Source: a virus
Lineage: Duplodnaviria > Caudoviricetes
Virus record (IMG/VR): IMGVR_UViG_3300011559_000001
Coordinates: 160,001-224,000 of that record
Strand: one strand, 5' to 3'
DNA: 64,000 bases
Shown here piece after piece: positions 38,305 to 49,122 of the stretch (positions are counted from its first letter, which is position 1; every line of letters begins with the position of its first letter). Under the pieces are notes generated by a model, which saw only the letters and a program-made list of their open reading frames with translations, was not told where the DNA came from and did not search any database. Made by a program: the position numbers and the translations under genes.

Positions 38305-40416
38305 TTACGCCAACTCCAGTTCGCTGGAACGGTGGGCGACGATGGTGGCGGTGCCCACGGTACGCATGTTCTCGCCGTACATGTGGATGTCCGTACGCCA
38401 GCTGTAACCACGCTGTTCGTCGGCCGCGGTGAAGTAGGTATCCGGACGGATCGTGACCCGGCCGTCGTACTTGCCTTCGGTGCGGTCCATGATCATCTGG
38501 TTGGAGCGCTGGATGAACACAGCCTTGGTCATCTTGCCGCTGGTGCCGACCAGGTCACGCCAGGTGCGCTGAGCAACCTTCTCCAGGTCGATGGCGATGG
38601 CCATGTTGAAGAAGTTGTTCAGGATCGAGGTGTCGTTGTCGTACACCGTCTGCAGGGCCGGCCAGAAGATCGAACGCATGTCGTAGTTCTGCGCCCAGAT
38701 CAGGCCGTTGCGCCAGTCGTTCTGACGAGCGTTGGCCGACTTGAACGTCACGTTCAGGTTCTTGAACTTCTGGACCTGGTTCATCGGCGCCTGGTCGTAG
38801 GCATTGGCCGAAGCCCAGATGCCGGTACCGGCACCCATGTAAGCTGCAGCCTTGGCAGCGAACTCGATGGTCAGCGGCAGGTGCTTGTGGCCGTTCGGGC
38901 CCTTGTACTTGGAACCGATCAATTCACCGGCATGGCCGACGACGATCGCACGGCACACCGGGGTGCCATGGATTTCCGATTCCGGGTACAGGCGCGCAGC
39001 GTTCTTCAGGGTGATCGCCATCGAGGATTCCACCGAGGCGCTGTTCAGCGGCTGGGAGACGTCCTGGGTGGAGAGGATCACGCCGACGTCCTTGCGGTGG
39101 CCCAGCGGGCTCAGCAGCGACAGCTTGGTGTCCAGGGTGAAGCCCGAGTCGTAGTAGAACGAGAACGGGTACTTGGCATCGTCCAGCAGATCCAGCGTGC
39201 TGGTGGCGTAGCTGAGCATGGCGTTGCGGACCAGGCCGTCGTGGACTGCGAAGTCCATCGTACCGTCCGAACCGCCGGCAGCCCACACCGCGGTGGATTC
39301 GCTGAAGCGGGTACCACCGGCGGCTGCACCTTCCAGCTCGTAGCTGTAGTACGGGGTGCCCTGCGGCGAGGTGGCGCCGAACAGGTTGACCACGTGCAGG
39401 TACTCGGAGTCCTCGTCCATGGTCAGCTCGGGGAGCAGACCCAGCGGGGCTTCCAGTTCACCGACCATGGCCAGCAGCTGAGCCAGGTTTTCGTGGTAGA
39501 CCTTGACGCGACCGAACGGACCGTAGATCGGGCTCATGCCCGAGGCCGGATCTGCCGACTGGTAGGTGTTCAGGAACACGTCTTCCAGCGAGATCTCGGT
39601 GTCGCTGGACGGATCCACGGCACCTTCCTTGAAGGCGAAGTCGATCGACTGGTCACCGCCCAGGGTCGGGCTGATGTTGACGGTCGAGCTTTCGTCCAGG
39701 CGGTTCACCAGGGACAGGCGATAGACGTAGGCCTTGACGGACTCGACCAGATCGCTGTTCAGGGTGACGGCCGACTTCAGGGTCGGGGCGGTCAGGCGCA
39801 GGCCCAGGTTGTTACCGTAGGCGCCGAAGAAGTTCGCTTCCAGCTCCAGGATCGGGTAGACCGTAGACTGGGCGTCGGCACTGGAGGTGATCGAACCGAC
39901 CTTGGCAGTGACTTCACCGAAGGGCTGCACGGTCGAGCCGGCGGTCCAGTCGTTGATGACGAACTTGCCGCGGGTACCGGCGATCTTGGCAGCGCCACCG
40001 GTGAGCGGGATCTTGTTGCCGTCGGTGCCCAGCTTGAAGCTGCCGTCCGGATTGCGCTCGTACTGCTGGATCTGATCGGCGACGACGTCGAGGCTGATCA
40101 GCAGGCGCGCATTCGGGCCGGCATCGGCCGGCTTCAGGCGCTGAACGAAGATCGAGTTGCCAGCACCCATGACGGTGGCGGCCAGCTCGCTCTGGTGGTT
40201 GTAGTAGGCGCTGCGCGAATCCAGGGTCTTGCTGCCGAACAGCGTCTGGAAGACGCCGCCGGAGGCCAGGGAGATTTCCGGGCCCTTCTCAGCGAAAAGG
40301 AAAACGTGCGGCAGGTGGGTGGGGACTTGCTCGGGCTCCTGCACGGGCGCACGGATGGAATCATCCCGGATGCCCTGCAGATTGAGGAACGGAGCAGCGC
40401 TGATGGAGTTGCTCAT
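38305..40416 (-). CDS. contractile tail sheath protein (phiKZ gp29-like)
   Basis: 703 aa; QGIRDDS, PTHLP, YYDSGF, YPESEIHGTPVCR, FWPALQTVY. Confidence 0.9.
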   Translation of the reverse strand: MSNSISAAPFLNLQGIRDDSIRAPVQEPEQVPTHLPHVFLFAEKGPEISLASGGVFQTLFGSKTLDSRSAYYNHQSELAATVMGAGNSIFVQRLKPADAGPNARLLISLDVVADQIQQYERNPDGSFKLGTDGNKIPLTGGAAKIAGTRGKFVINDWTAGSTVQPFGEVTAKVGSITSSADAQSTVYPILELEANFFGAYGNNLGLRLTAPTLKSAVTLNSDLVESVKAYVYRLSLVNRLDESSTVNISPTLGGDQSIDFAFKEGAVDPSSDTEISLEDVFLNTYQSADPASGMSPIYGPFGRVKVYHENLAQLLAMVGELEAPLGLLPELTMDEDSEYLHVVNLFGATSPQGTPYYSYELEGAAAGGTRFSESTAVWAAGGSDGTMDFAVHDGLVRNAMLSYATSTLDLLDDAKYPFSFYYDSGFTLDTKLSLLSPLGHRKDVGVILSTQDVSQPLNSASVESSMAITLKNAARLYPESEIHGTPVCRAIVVGHAGELIGSKYKGPNGHKHLPLTIEFAAKAAAYMGAGTGIWASANAYDQAPMNQVQKFKNLNVTFKSANARQNDWRNGLIWAQNYDMRSIFWPALQTVYDNDTSILNNFFNMAIAIDLEKVAQRTWRDLVGTSGKMTKAVFIQRSNQMIMDRTEGKYDGRVTIRPDTYFTAADEQRGYSWRTDIHMYGENMRTVGTATIVAHRSSELELA

Positions 40417-40628
40417 TTGGAAAAAGCTCCTTGAACTGGGACCAGTTGATCCTGAGCCAACACAATTCCCGGAACGCGACTCCAGAAATAAAGCTGGTTG
40501 ACACAGGTGGTGCTGACTAATGCTATAGCAATGGAGTGATGTCGCGCATCATAGTAATACACGCACAACATCACGCAAATGTGCGCTATAGCGTTTTCGA
40601 TGAAAAATAACAGCAGGAGTGCGAACAG

Positions 40629-41558
40629 ATGTTCCTTACCCCGTATCAAACCACTGCGTGCTCCGCAACCGCTGGATTGCCGAGTTTGCAGGACGCGCTC
40701 AAGCGAGCGCTCGTCCATGAAGATCTGCCGCCGGCAGTCACCTTGAAGGGACACGTCGTGGACGGTGTCTACATGGTTCCTCCATACCTTAAGGATGCCA
40801 AGCCCTTCCATCTGCCGCTACCTTTCCAGACTCCGGAAGGCAAGCAGGCAGTTGCGATTGATGTGCGCGGTATCACCAAGCTGCAGGGCGAGCGTCAGCT
40901 GAAGATCGTGGCCGGTGGTGAGTATGAAGGCGCTGTGCTGCGCGCCGCGCTCACCAAGGCGTGGCTGGAAGGGGCTGCCAATGACATGCGTCGTTGGAAT
41001 GACATCTCTGCACGGGTGTTCATCCGTCTGCTCAGTGAAGCGCTGGTGCGTCGCCTGAACCTGTCCCCGCTGGATCAACAGGGCGTGGTGATCGCCACCG
41101 GTCTGCTGTACTACTCCAACTTCCACGACTTCGCCAAGGGGCCGATGGACAAGGACGACCTGGAGCGGGTGGGTGTGGCCGTGGCACGTGCAACGCGCCT
41201 GAGTCCGCAGACGGTGGTGGGAATGCTGACCACCGATGTCCCGCAGGTCACCAACCTGGATGACTATTGCAAGGCCTTGCAGCACATCGTGCAGAACCCG
41301 CGTCTGGAGAAGATCGATGCGGCCTTTATCGTCACCCTGATGGGCGGCATGTGGTTCGGCGGTCAGGCACGCCTGATCACGGCCGTGGCGTTGGAATACC
41401 CGCCGGTGTGGCTGGGTCTGGTTTACCAGGCACTGACCGACCGCAGCTTCCACTCCGCTGGCCTGACCAAGATGGTTGAGACCGAGAACCGTGGCAACGC
41501 TGGCGCGCAGTTCATTCGCGACGTTAGCTCCTACCTGGACCTTCTGAGCAATGAGTGA
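40629..41558 (+). CDS. conserved virion protein (phiKZ gp28-like)
   Basis: MFLTPYQTT...ALEYPPVW; divergent from the sheath gene. Confidence 0.75.
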   Translation: MFLTPYQTTACSATAGLPSLQDALKRALVHEDLPPAVTLKGHVVDGVYMVPPYLKDAKPFHLPLPFQTPEGKQAVAIDVRGITKLQGERQLKIVAGGEYEGAVLRAALTKAWLEGAANDMRRWNDISARVFIRLLSEALVRRLNLSPLDQQGVVIATGLLYYSNFHDFAKGPMDKDDLERVGVAVARATRLSPQTVVGMLTTDVPQVTNLDDYCKALQHIVQNPRLEKIDAAFIVTLMGGMWFGGQARLITAVALEYPPVWLGLVYQALTDRSFHSAGLTKMVETENRGNAGAQFIRDVSSYLDLLSNE

Positions 41559-44142
41559 CTTCCTGGTCAACCACGCGGTACAAAACGTGTGGTGCAATCC
41601 GCAACAGGATTTGCAGGTGACCTACAAGCCTCAGCGCATTTCAACTCGCCGCGGTGTGCGTGGTCGGATCTCCCATATGTGGACGTCCATCAACATGCCC
41701 ACCCCGACCGACGTGTACCACGTTTACCAGATCGGTCAGTACCACGCTTCTCTGATCGGGCTCAGCCCGGCACGGGGTAAGTGGCGCGTGCTGGCCGAAC
41801 TGATGAACGAGGAGTTCCTGTTCGCCGATGTCTACACCATCAATGGTCAGCATCTGAGCCGGTTCCACACGTACGTGTTGGTTACCCCCGAGAAGAATGT
41901 GCTGGTGGCTATCCGTGAGCAAGCCAAGATCGTTGATCTGAAGGTCACGGACATCTACCTGCGCCTGTACTCCAACTCCTTCTTCGACTCGGTGCGTTCG
42001 GACGACTACGCCCATGGCATCATCTGCCGTGGTGCTCGCGTCATGAATGCCACCCAAGCCTTGAACCTGCAGCGTGACTACCTGGAACTGAAAGCGCGTA
42101 CGCGCGGCCATACCTGGATCTACGTCAACGGCTGGTACCGCGATGATTACAAGCCGGCAGATTTCTCGGCCGGTGATTACGTGGAATACGTCTACGACAG
42201 CTCGGTCAAGGCGGTCAAGGAATTCAACATCAATGGTCTGCCGACCTTTGACAGCATCAAAGATGCCAAGCGCAAGTTCCTGTTGCACTACAGCGGCGCC
42301 CAAGCCGGTGGGGTCAACATCGACTACCGCGATGACATCGATGTGTACCTGATCAAGCCGGGTACCACCTCCGGCCGGTTCACTGGCGTGTACTACCACA
42401 AGAACAACGATGACGCCCTGCGTCAGGTCACCCACCGTGACTATGCGTTGGTGGTCGATTATGTCCGTGCTCACCAGCAAGCCATGGTTAGCCAAGGCTG
42501 GACCAACATCAATCAGTTGCGCGCTCGACTGTTCATTCGCCACGCCGGCTACAAGCGCCCGCTGGTCTTTGAACACCATCGCATCCAGGAGCTGTACAAG
42601 CTGCCCGATGCTGACATCCGTCGCGCCCTGCTGGGGCAGGACTCCACCGTGAAGGTGTGGCGTGCTGACGAGTTGGAAAACTCCGAGTACGTCAAGATCA
42701 TGGACGTGCGCAAGCGTGCGATCCAACCGGATCTGGTCAAGGATGCCTACGGGTACAACGCCATTGCCAAGCTGATCGGCGACACGCCCAGTAAGGTACA
42801 GAACCTGTCCGGTCGTCAGGCTGTACCGCTGCCCTATGGCACGCAGGTGGACTCCACCGCCTATGAGATCGATGCGGCAGGCAAGTTGATTGCCTCTTAT
42901 ATCCACACCTCGGGTATCGAGTACACCCCGTTCAGCGCCAACTGCAAGCTGGTGGAAATGATCGTCGGTCGCGGCGGTCAGCGTCTGGACATGGCGTTCA
43001 ACAAGCAAGACGCAGCAATTGATCCGCGTTACTCCTACCGCTTCTATGTTGCTCCGATCGCCCATGGCGAACTGCGCAATGACCAGTGGGAGGACGTCAC
43101 CGGTGATGCCACCAAGTACCAGATCATCAACGGCAAGGTGCATTGGTTTGTCGACCTGCAGTACAACGCAGTGTGCGCCAAGTCCGATGCGTACTTCCTG
43201 AGCTACGAGCTGAGCTTGGCCGCCGACAACGGCGTACTGCGTTTCTCCATCGGTGCCACCACTGACTGGAACGGCACCAGCCTGTCCAGCCTGTTGTATA
43301 TCCCGCCGGGTCGACTGGATGTGTGGATCAACAACGAAGTGCTGATTGAAGGATTGGACTATTTGGTCCAGTGGCCGCAGGTGGTGATCACCAACAAGCA
43401 GTATCTGGTGGATGGTCAGGCCCAGCGCATCCGCGTGCGCGGCACCGGTTTCTGTAACAAGGACCTGTCCCGTCAGCCGCCCAAGGAGTTCGGCTTTGTG
43501 CGTTGGGGTAAGCTCTCGCGCAACAACCGCTATGACCTGCGCGATGATCGCGTGTTGCGTCTGGTGGTAAATGGCCGCACTTTCCATCGTGATGATGTGT
43601 ACTTCACTGAAGGCAATCCGGCACTGTGGATGAACAACGTCCCCAACGGTGCCCCGTACCTGCTGGACGATCTGATCGTTCCGCTGCGTGCCATTGTGAG
43701 TGAGGACACCTACGCCCTGCGTGAGAAGTCGTTGGTGGTGGACCAGGCCGTCTCGGACTACCTGACCATGAAGCTGCCCGAACCGATCCCGGCCAACCCG
43801 GATCCGATCTTGGAGCGCTACGCCATCTACAGTCCGTTCTCGGCCTCGATCATGTACGACCTGCTCACCGGCCGGTTGTCCACGGAGAAGTTCCGTGGTC
43901 AGTACAGCGATCAGGAAGTGCGCGACTACCTGAAGGACTACGAGTGGCTGCTCGATTACGAGCCCACCCGTCGCGACTTGGATCTGGAACACGTCATCGT
44001 GCACCCGCACGAGCGTACCACCGTGATCCAGCTCGATGCCTACCAGTACTTCCTGCTGCGGCGTGCCATCAAGGTCTTCCTTGAGGATAAGGTGGACATC
44101 ACGCGCTTTGTGCGCATCAAGGATTCCTTCATCGACGATTGA
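41551..44142 (+). CDS. virion structural/baseplate protein (phiKZ gp27-like)
   Basis: 863 aa; NVWCNPQQD, YRDDIDVY, ALRQVTHRDY, YGYNA. Confidence 0.8.
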   Translation: MSDFLVNHAVQNVWCNPQQDLQVTYKPQRISTRRGVRGRISHMWTSINMPTPTDVYHVYQIGQYHASLIGLSPARGKWRVLAELMNEEFLFADVYTINGQHLSRFHTYVLVTPEKNVLVAIREQAKIVDLKVTDIYLRLYSNSFFDSVRSDDYAHGIICRGARVMNATQALNLQRDYLELKARTRGHTWIYVNGWYRDDYKPADFSAGDYVEYVYDSSVKAVKEFNINGLPTFDSIKDAKRKFLLHYSGAQAGGVNIDYRDDIDVYLIKPGTTSGRFTGVYYHKNNDDALRQVTHRDYALVVDYVRAHQQAMVSQGWTNINQLRARLFIRHAGYKRPLVFEHHRIQELYKLPDADIRRALLGQDSTVKVWRADELENSEYVKIMDVRKRAIQPDLVKDAYGYNAIAKLIGDTPSKVQNLSGRQAVPLPYGTQVDSTAYEIDAAGKLIASYIHTSGIEYTPFSANCKLVEMIVGRGGQRLDMAFNKQDAAIDPRYSYRFYVAPIAHGELRNDQWEDVTGDATKYQIINGKVHWFVDLQYNAVCAKSDAYFLSYELSLAADNGVLRFSIGATTDWNGTSLSSLLYIPPGRLDVWINNEVLIEGLDYLVQWPQVVITNKQYLVDGQAQRIRVRGTGFCNKDLSRQPPKEFGFVRWGKLSRNNRYDLRDDRVLRLVVNGRTFHRDDVYFTEGNPALWMNNVPNGAPYLLDDLIVPLRAIVSEDTYALREKSLVVDQAVSDYLTMKLPEPIPANPDPILERYAIYSPFSASIMYDLLTGRLSTEKFRGQYSDQEVRDYLKDYEWLLDYEPTRRDLDLEHVIVHPHERTTVIQLDAYQYFLLRRAIKVFLEDKVDITRFVRIKDSFIDD

Positions 44143-44248
44143 CCCTTTTGACTTTGCAACAGACGGCGCTGGCCCCCGCGGGTTAGGCTACTACTTTTAG
44201 TGGTCAGCGCCGTCGCTTTGCAGGTCCGCCTTTAGGAAGCTTTCCACC

Positions 44249-45958
44249 ATGTCCAATACCGTTCTTCCCGCGACTGTCATCGTGGACCCCAACCGGGGTT
44301 ACCGCGAATGGCACATTCGCGAAATCTATGCGCCGGGCAATTCGTCCAGTGCGGGCCAGTACGTCCCCAACGTGGACGACTCGGTGCGCGACTGGACGCA
44401 AGGTATCCTGCGCGTCATCTCGGTGGATCACACCACCGGTATCTCCATCCTTCGCAAGTGGTCCGAACCGGTCGATCCGGGCAAGGTCACTGATGAAGAC
44501 ATCCTGCTGGGTGCAGGACCGGGCACGCAGTCTGAGTCCTACCGTGCCTACTTGGATCAGTCGATCTTCCCGCACTCGCTGTCCTTGGACAGTCGCCTGC
44601 ACTTCTACGGCACCACGGTCAACTCGGTCAAGGTCTTCCTGGGTACGGACATCTCCGAAAACGGTGACGTCATTTCCCAGTTCCATGACTCGGCCGGCAA
44701 CCTGCTCGGTGAGAACATCCCGGTCGAGCCGGTGGCCTTCTTCTCGGCAGGTGTGACCATTCCGGGTCAGGCCGCATCGGACTACAACCGCGCCGTGTCC
44801 TCGGCTGTGGTGGGTCAGACCTCGCGCAAGTTGGTCGACGGTGAAGTGGTGACGGTGGTTTCCTATGACCTCGCCGGTCAGGCGGTGAGCCAGGCCAAGC
44901 TGCTGATCAAGAACACCGCCTTCGTGCGTCAGACCGATGCCTCGCTGAAGTACGTGGCTGACATCTCGGTGGAGACCCCGTTCCTGCTGGCCAGCGATCA
45001 GCGCGTGATCGAATACCCGATCAACATGCCGGTCGATGCGCTGAACCTGATCGGACTGGTGACCTACTCCGACGGCTCGCAGATCCGCCTGCCCATCGAC
45101 GGCACCAAGTTCGAGATGGTCGGTCTGCGCAACTACGTGGCCACCATCCAAGGTCAGTCGGTGGATCTGATGCTGTCCTATCAGCTCAGCCCGCTCGAAT
45201 CGGCCTACCTGAAAGCGCCTTCGCCGAACCGCCGGCTCAACGAGCCGTACGTGGCTCGCACCAAGGAATCCGATGGTGCGTACTCGGTCAAGCTGTTCGC
45301 CTACCCGATCTGGGTTGACCAGCTGTCCGGCTACCGCCTGGAGTACTTCCTGTACAACTTGGACCGCAAGCAGGTCTATCGTGTGACCAACCTGATCACC
45401 CAGGCGGCCAACTCGGCGCCGTTCGATCCGCTGCTGTACAACGTCAAGCAGCGGATCAACGTGGGTATCAACATGAACCAGGTCGATCCCCTGTTTGACA
45501 TGTGGCGTCACACCCAGCTGTTTGAGATCACCTTGATCCGTCCGGGCAACCAGGACATCGGCGACAACTGGACGGTGGGCTTCACTGCCGAACAGAACCC
45601 GCCCTACGGCCCCAACGTCAAGGCGAACTCCCGCTTCATCAACGTCAACAACGCCACGCTGGACATCAGCTGTGGTTGTGAGACGTTGGACGAATGGTTG
45701 GCAACGGTGTACTACCCGACCCAGCCGCTGTTCGATGCGCGTACCGAAACCGGCCCGCTGGTTCCGAACTTCTTCGTGCTTGTCTCGGAGAACAACCGTG
45801 TCGAACTGCCCATCGCCGATTGGAAGAAGGTCATCAGCGTCGAACGCACTCCTGCGGAAGGCAAGCTGGTGTACATCGAGTTCCTGCGGAAGATGGCCGA
45901 CAATGATCTGCAGCTCTCCGTGGCTGGCCTGATCACCCATCAGCAACAAGTCGTTTAA
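44249..45958 (+). CDS. virion structural/baseplate protein (phiKZ gp26-like)
   Basis: 569 aa beta-rich; YVPNVDD, YSVKLFAYP; precedes terminase. Confidence 0.8.
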   Translation: MSNTVLPATVIVDPNRGYREWHIREIYAPGNSSSAGQYVPNVDDSVRDWTQGILRVISVDHTTGISILRKWSEPVDPGKVTDEDILLGAGPGTQSESYRAYLDQSIFPHSLSLDSRLHFYGTTVNSVKVFLGTDISENGDVISQFHDSAGNLLGENIPVEPVAFFSAGVTIPGQAASDYNRAVSSAVVGQTSRKLVDGEVVTVVSYDLAGQAVSQAKLLIKNTAFVRQTDASLKYVADISVETPFLLASDQRVIEYPINMPVDALNLIGLVTYSDGSQIRLPIDGTKFEMVGLRNYVATIQGQSVDLMLSYQLSPLESAYLKAPSPNRRLNEPYVARTKESDGAYSVKLFAYPIWVDQLSGYRLEYFLYNLDRKQVYRVTNLITQAANSAPFDPLLYNVKQRINVGINMNQVDPLFDMWRHTQLFEITLIRPGNQDIGDNWTVGFTAEQNPPYGPNVKANSRFINVNNATLDISCGCETLDEWLATVYYPTQPLFDARTETGPLVPNFFVLVSENNRVELPIADWKKVISVERTPAEGKLVYIEFLRKMADNDLQLSVAGLITHQQQVV

Positions 45959-46025
45959 CGGTCCAACCCGGTCGGTGGGGAGCTTTGGCTCCTCACCGGC
46001 TGGGCCTATGGACAAAGGATGTTTT

Positions 46026-48290
46026 ATGATTCTCTTCGAATCAGACTGGCAACGATACCCCTCGGCCATTGCCGATTTCCAGACCAGCAACAAAACGTTC
46101 CTCCGCTTGGCTCAGGTCTACAAGAGCATGGGCGTGAAGAACAACGTCTTCCATCTTTCTCTGTTGAACCCGGATCTGCAAGGCGTGGATCCTTTCTCTG
46201 AGAACCTGACCCCGCAGCAGAAAGTGGCCATCGGCTTTGAGTGTGCTCAAAACCCGTGGTACTTCTTCCGTGAAGTGGTACGCGTGCCGCCGCAATCCGG
46301 TCCGCGTCCGGTTCCCCTGCGAGCCAACCGTGGTAACATCGGCCTGTTCTGGTCGTTCTTCAACCACATCGACGTTGCGCTGATCCAACCCCGACAGACG
46401 GGCAAGTCTGTGTCCACCGACTGTTTGATGACCAACATCACCTACATGTCCACGGACAACACCACGGTGACGATGATCACCAAGGATAACGACCTGCGTC
46501 GTAAGAACGTGGATCGTCTGAAGAAGATCCGCGACCTTCTGCCCAAGTACCTGATCGTGCTGGGCCCGGACGATGCCGACAACCAGGTCGAGCTGACCTA
46601 CAAGACCCGTAAGAACTCGTACATGACCGCCGTGGCTCAGAACAACGAGTCCAGCGCCAATAACGTGGGTCGTGGTTTGACCTCCCCGATCCTGCACTCG
46701 GACGAAGGCCCGTTCACCGGCTTCATCCACGTGACGCTGCCGGCCGCACTGGCAGCAGGTACGGCTGCGCGTAGCGAAGCCAAGCTCAACGGTCGCCCCT
46801 ATGGCAACATCTTCACCACAACGGCGGGGAAGAAGGACACCAAGGAAGGCAAGTACATGTACGACCTGATCCACGGTGGTGCTACGTGGGATGAGCGTCT
46901 GGCATTTGACAGCGTCAGTGAAGAAGACCTGCGTTCGCGCGTGCTCAAGAACTGTGCGGGTATGCCCAACCAGAAGAAGGGCTCGCCCAAGCGTGCGCTG
47001 TTCAATATCACCCTGTCGCACAAGCAGCTGGGTGAAACCGATGACTGGCTGATGGAGGCCATCGCCAACGCCGGTGGTACGGCCGAAACGATCGACCGCG
47101 ACTTCATGAATCGTTGGACCTCCGGTTCGCTGCGCTCGCCGCTGTCAACCGAACTCAACGAACGCATCTTGAACTCGGTCAAGCCGGTACAGTTCATGGA
47201 GTTCTCTTCGGAGAACTACTGTCTGAACTGGTACATCCCCGAGCGCGACATCTCGCGGATGATGGAGGAAGGTCGTTTCGTAGCAGGGCTGGATACCTCC
47301 GAAGCGGTGGGTCGAGATGCCATTGCGATGGTGATCATCGACGTGGAGGATCTGTCGGTGGTGGCCACTGGCACCTACAACGAAACCAACCTGATCACGT
47401 TCTCCCATTACTTGGGTAAGCTGTTGATCAAGTACCCCAACATCACCTTGGTGCCGGAGCGTAAGTCCACCGGCGGTATGATCGTGGACTACCTGATCCT
47501 GCAGCTGACCAACGCCGGGCAAGATCCCTTCAAGCGCATTTTCAACCGCATCGTGGAAGAAGCCGCGTTCAAGAAGGAAGAGTACCAGGAACTGCAACGT
47601 CCTGTGACCATGCGTTCGGAAAGCTTCTACGAGACGCGCAAGCGTGAGTTCGGCTTTGTTACCAATGCCGACAACCGCAACCTGCTCTACACCACCATCT
47701 TGCAGAACGCTGCAAAGAACGGTGGTGGGGCAGTGCACAGCGAACGGCTGTCCTCGGAGATCCGTGGGTTGGTGGTCAAGAACGATCGCATCGACCATGC
47801 CAACTCCGGCCACGATGACCACGTCATTGCCTGGCTGTTGGCCCACTGGTTCATCACCCAAGCCCGCAACTTGGTCCACTACGGGATCGACACGGGTCTG
47901 GTCATGTCGGCGCTGCGCATCTTCGCCGATCGTGAGGAAACCCCGCAGGAGATCTACAACCGGGAGCTGCAGCAGAAGTTGCTGTATGAAGCCACCCAGT
48001 TGCTGGAGCAGCTCAACTCCGAGCGCGATGTGATGGTGCTGGCCAAGCTCGAAGGTCGCCTGCGTTCGCTGTCGGGGCGTCTGGTTGATGACGGGGATAC
48101 CTCCTACGTGCAGACCATCGATGCGGCCATCAACGAGTCGCGTGAGAACCGTGAAAAGCTCAAGCGCCTGCAGTCGCGTGGACCCGGTGGTGGTATGGGC
48201 GGGTTCCGTCCGATGGATCGTCAGGTCGGTTACGGTAGCGGCTACGGCCTGCCCCGTAGTGACATGAACCATCGTTTCAGCTACGCCTAA
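46026..48290 (+). CDS. terL: terminase large subunit
   Basis: NPWYFFREV, Walker A PRQTGKS, GRGLT, Walker B HSDE, TTTAG, nuclease GLDTSE...HDDHVIAW. Confidence 0.93.
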   Translation: MILFESDWQRYPSAIADFQTSNKTFLRLAQVYKSMGVKNNVFHLSLLNPDLQGVDPFSENLTPQQKVAIGFECAQNPWYFFREVVRVPPQSGPRPVPLRANRGNIGLFWSFFNHIDVALIQPRQTGKSVSTDCLMTNITYMSTDNTTVTMITKDNDLRRKNVDRLKKIRDLLPKYLIVLGPDDADNQVELTYKTRKNSYMTAVAQNNESSANNVGRGLTSPILHSDEGPFTGFIHVTLPAALAAGTAARSEAKLNGRPYGNIFTTTAGKKDTKEGKYMYDLIHGGATWDERLAFDSVSEEDLRSRVLKNCAGMPNQKKGSPKRALFNITLSHKQLGETDDWLMEAIANAGGTAETIDRDFMNRWTSGSLRSPLSTELNERILNSVKPVQFMEFSSENYCLNWYIPERDISRMMEEGRFVAGLDTSEAVGRDAIAMVIIDVEDLSVVATGTYNETNLITFSHYLGKLLIKYPNITLVPERKSTGGMIVDYLILQLTNAGQDPFKRIFNRIVEEAAFKKEEYQELQRPVTMRSESFYETRKREFGFVTNADNRNLLYTTILQNAAKNGGGAVHSERLSSEIRGLVVKNDRIDHANSGHDDHVIAWLLAHWFITQARNLVHYGIDTGLVMSALRIFADREETPQEIYNRELQQKLLYEATQLLEQLNSERDVMVLAKLEGRLRSLSGRLVDDGDTSYVQTIDAAINESRENREKLKRLQSRGPGGGMGGFRPMDRQVGYGSGYGLPRSDMNHRFSYA

Positions 48291-48341
48291 AACAAAAGGC
48301 AGCATAAGCCCCCTCCCGTTTGGGAGGGGGCGTTATGTTGT

Positions 48342-48695
48342 TTACATGGCAGCAGCGCGCTGGCGAATCTGACGCAGGTTATCGATGGTGGCCGCATGGA
48401 TCACTTCCATGCCCACCAGTTCCAGGCCGCGCTCGAAAGACATGCGGATGGTTTTGGTGGAGGTAAACTTACGGCCGTCCTTGAGTTCCAAGGTAGCGGT
48501 CATGTCCCAGCTTTCCAGGACCTGATCGGCATGCCAAGGGTACAAGAACTTGCGCGTGGTGGTCATCAAGGTTGCCTCGATGCGCACCTTACGCATATCC
48601 CGGGGAGCCCGGGGAAACACGCGAAGCAATTCCACGGTGTCGCCAAAGACGTTGGTGATCCGGCTCGGGCCTTCGATAATCTGCTGAAGATTCAT
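48342..48695 (-). CDS. hypothetical protein
   Basis: ATG 48695 overlaps the upstream stop (ATGA). Confidence 0.6.
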   Translation of the reverse strand: MNLQQIIEGPSRITNVFGDTVELLRVFPRAPRDMRKVRIEATLMTTTRKFLYPWHADQVLESWDMTATLELKDGRKFTSTKTIRMSFERGLELVGMEVIHAATIDNLRQIRQRAAAM

Positions 48696-49093
48696 AGCTC
48701 GCACTTGATGGTCGGATAAAAGGGACCCATACGTTCCAGGAATGCATGCAGGGCATACAAATGCGGGAACTGGGAATGGCGGAGCAGGGAGTTGCAAAGC
48801 TGCGGATAAACGCACGGCTCAAAAAGCCGCTCATCCAGCTGCGCCCGGACTTCATCAGGCGCAAAGGCAAGAACGCGATATACCGAGTGGGTGGTCGGAA
48901 GCAACCACCACCGTCGGTACCGGGTCGTGTAGGTGATCTGTGTCACCGTCACGCCGATTTCCACATCAGCATCTGCAAGGGACGGCCGCAGCATGAGCTG
49001 CCGGTGCGCCACCTTGCCCTTGTACTCTACCGTTGTACGGTCTCCTACGATCCAATCGACCATCTCGCCAATCTTTTCCAGCAACCAGTCCAT
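48692..49093 (-). CDS. hypothetical protein
   Basis: GGAG RBS; 133 aa. Confidence 0.65.
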   Translation of the reverse strand: MDWLLEKIGEMVDWIVGDRTTVEYKGKVAHRQLMLRPSLADADVEIGVTVTQITYTTRYRRWWLLPTTHSVYRVLAFAPDEVRAQLDERLFEPCVYPQLCNSLLRHSQFPHLYALHAFLERMGPFYPTIKCEL

Positions 49094-49122
49094 GACAGGT
49101 CTCCGGTTAGGGGCGGGGAGGG

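Noticed and set aside
37966-40434. Long antisense ORFs (also 22813-25485, 41641-44010, 10631-12814, 44204-46093, 63005-63829)
   Set aside because: Shadows of GC3-biased real genes on the opposite strand; no motifs.
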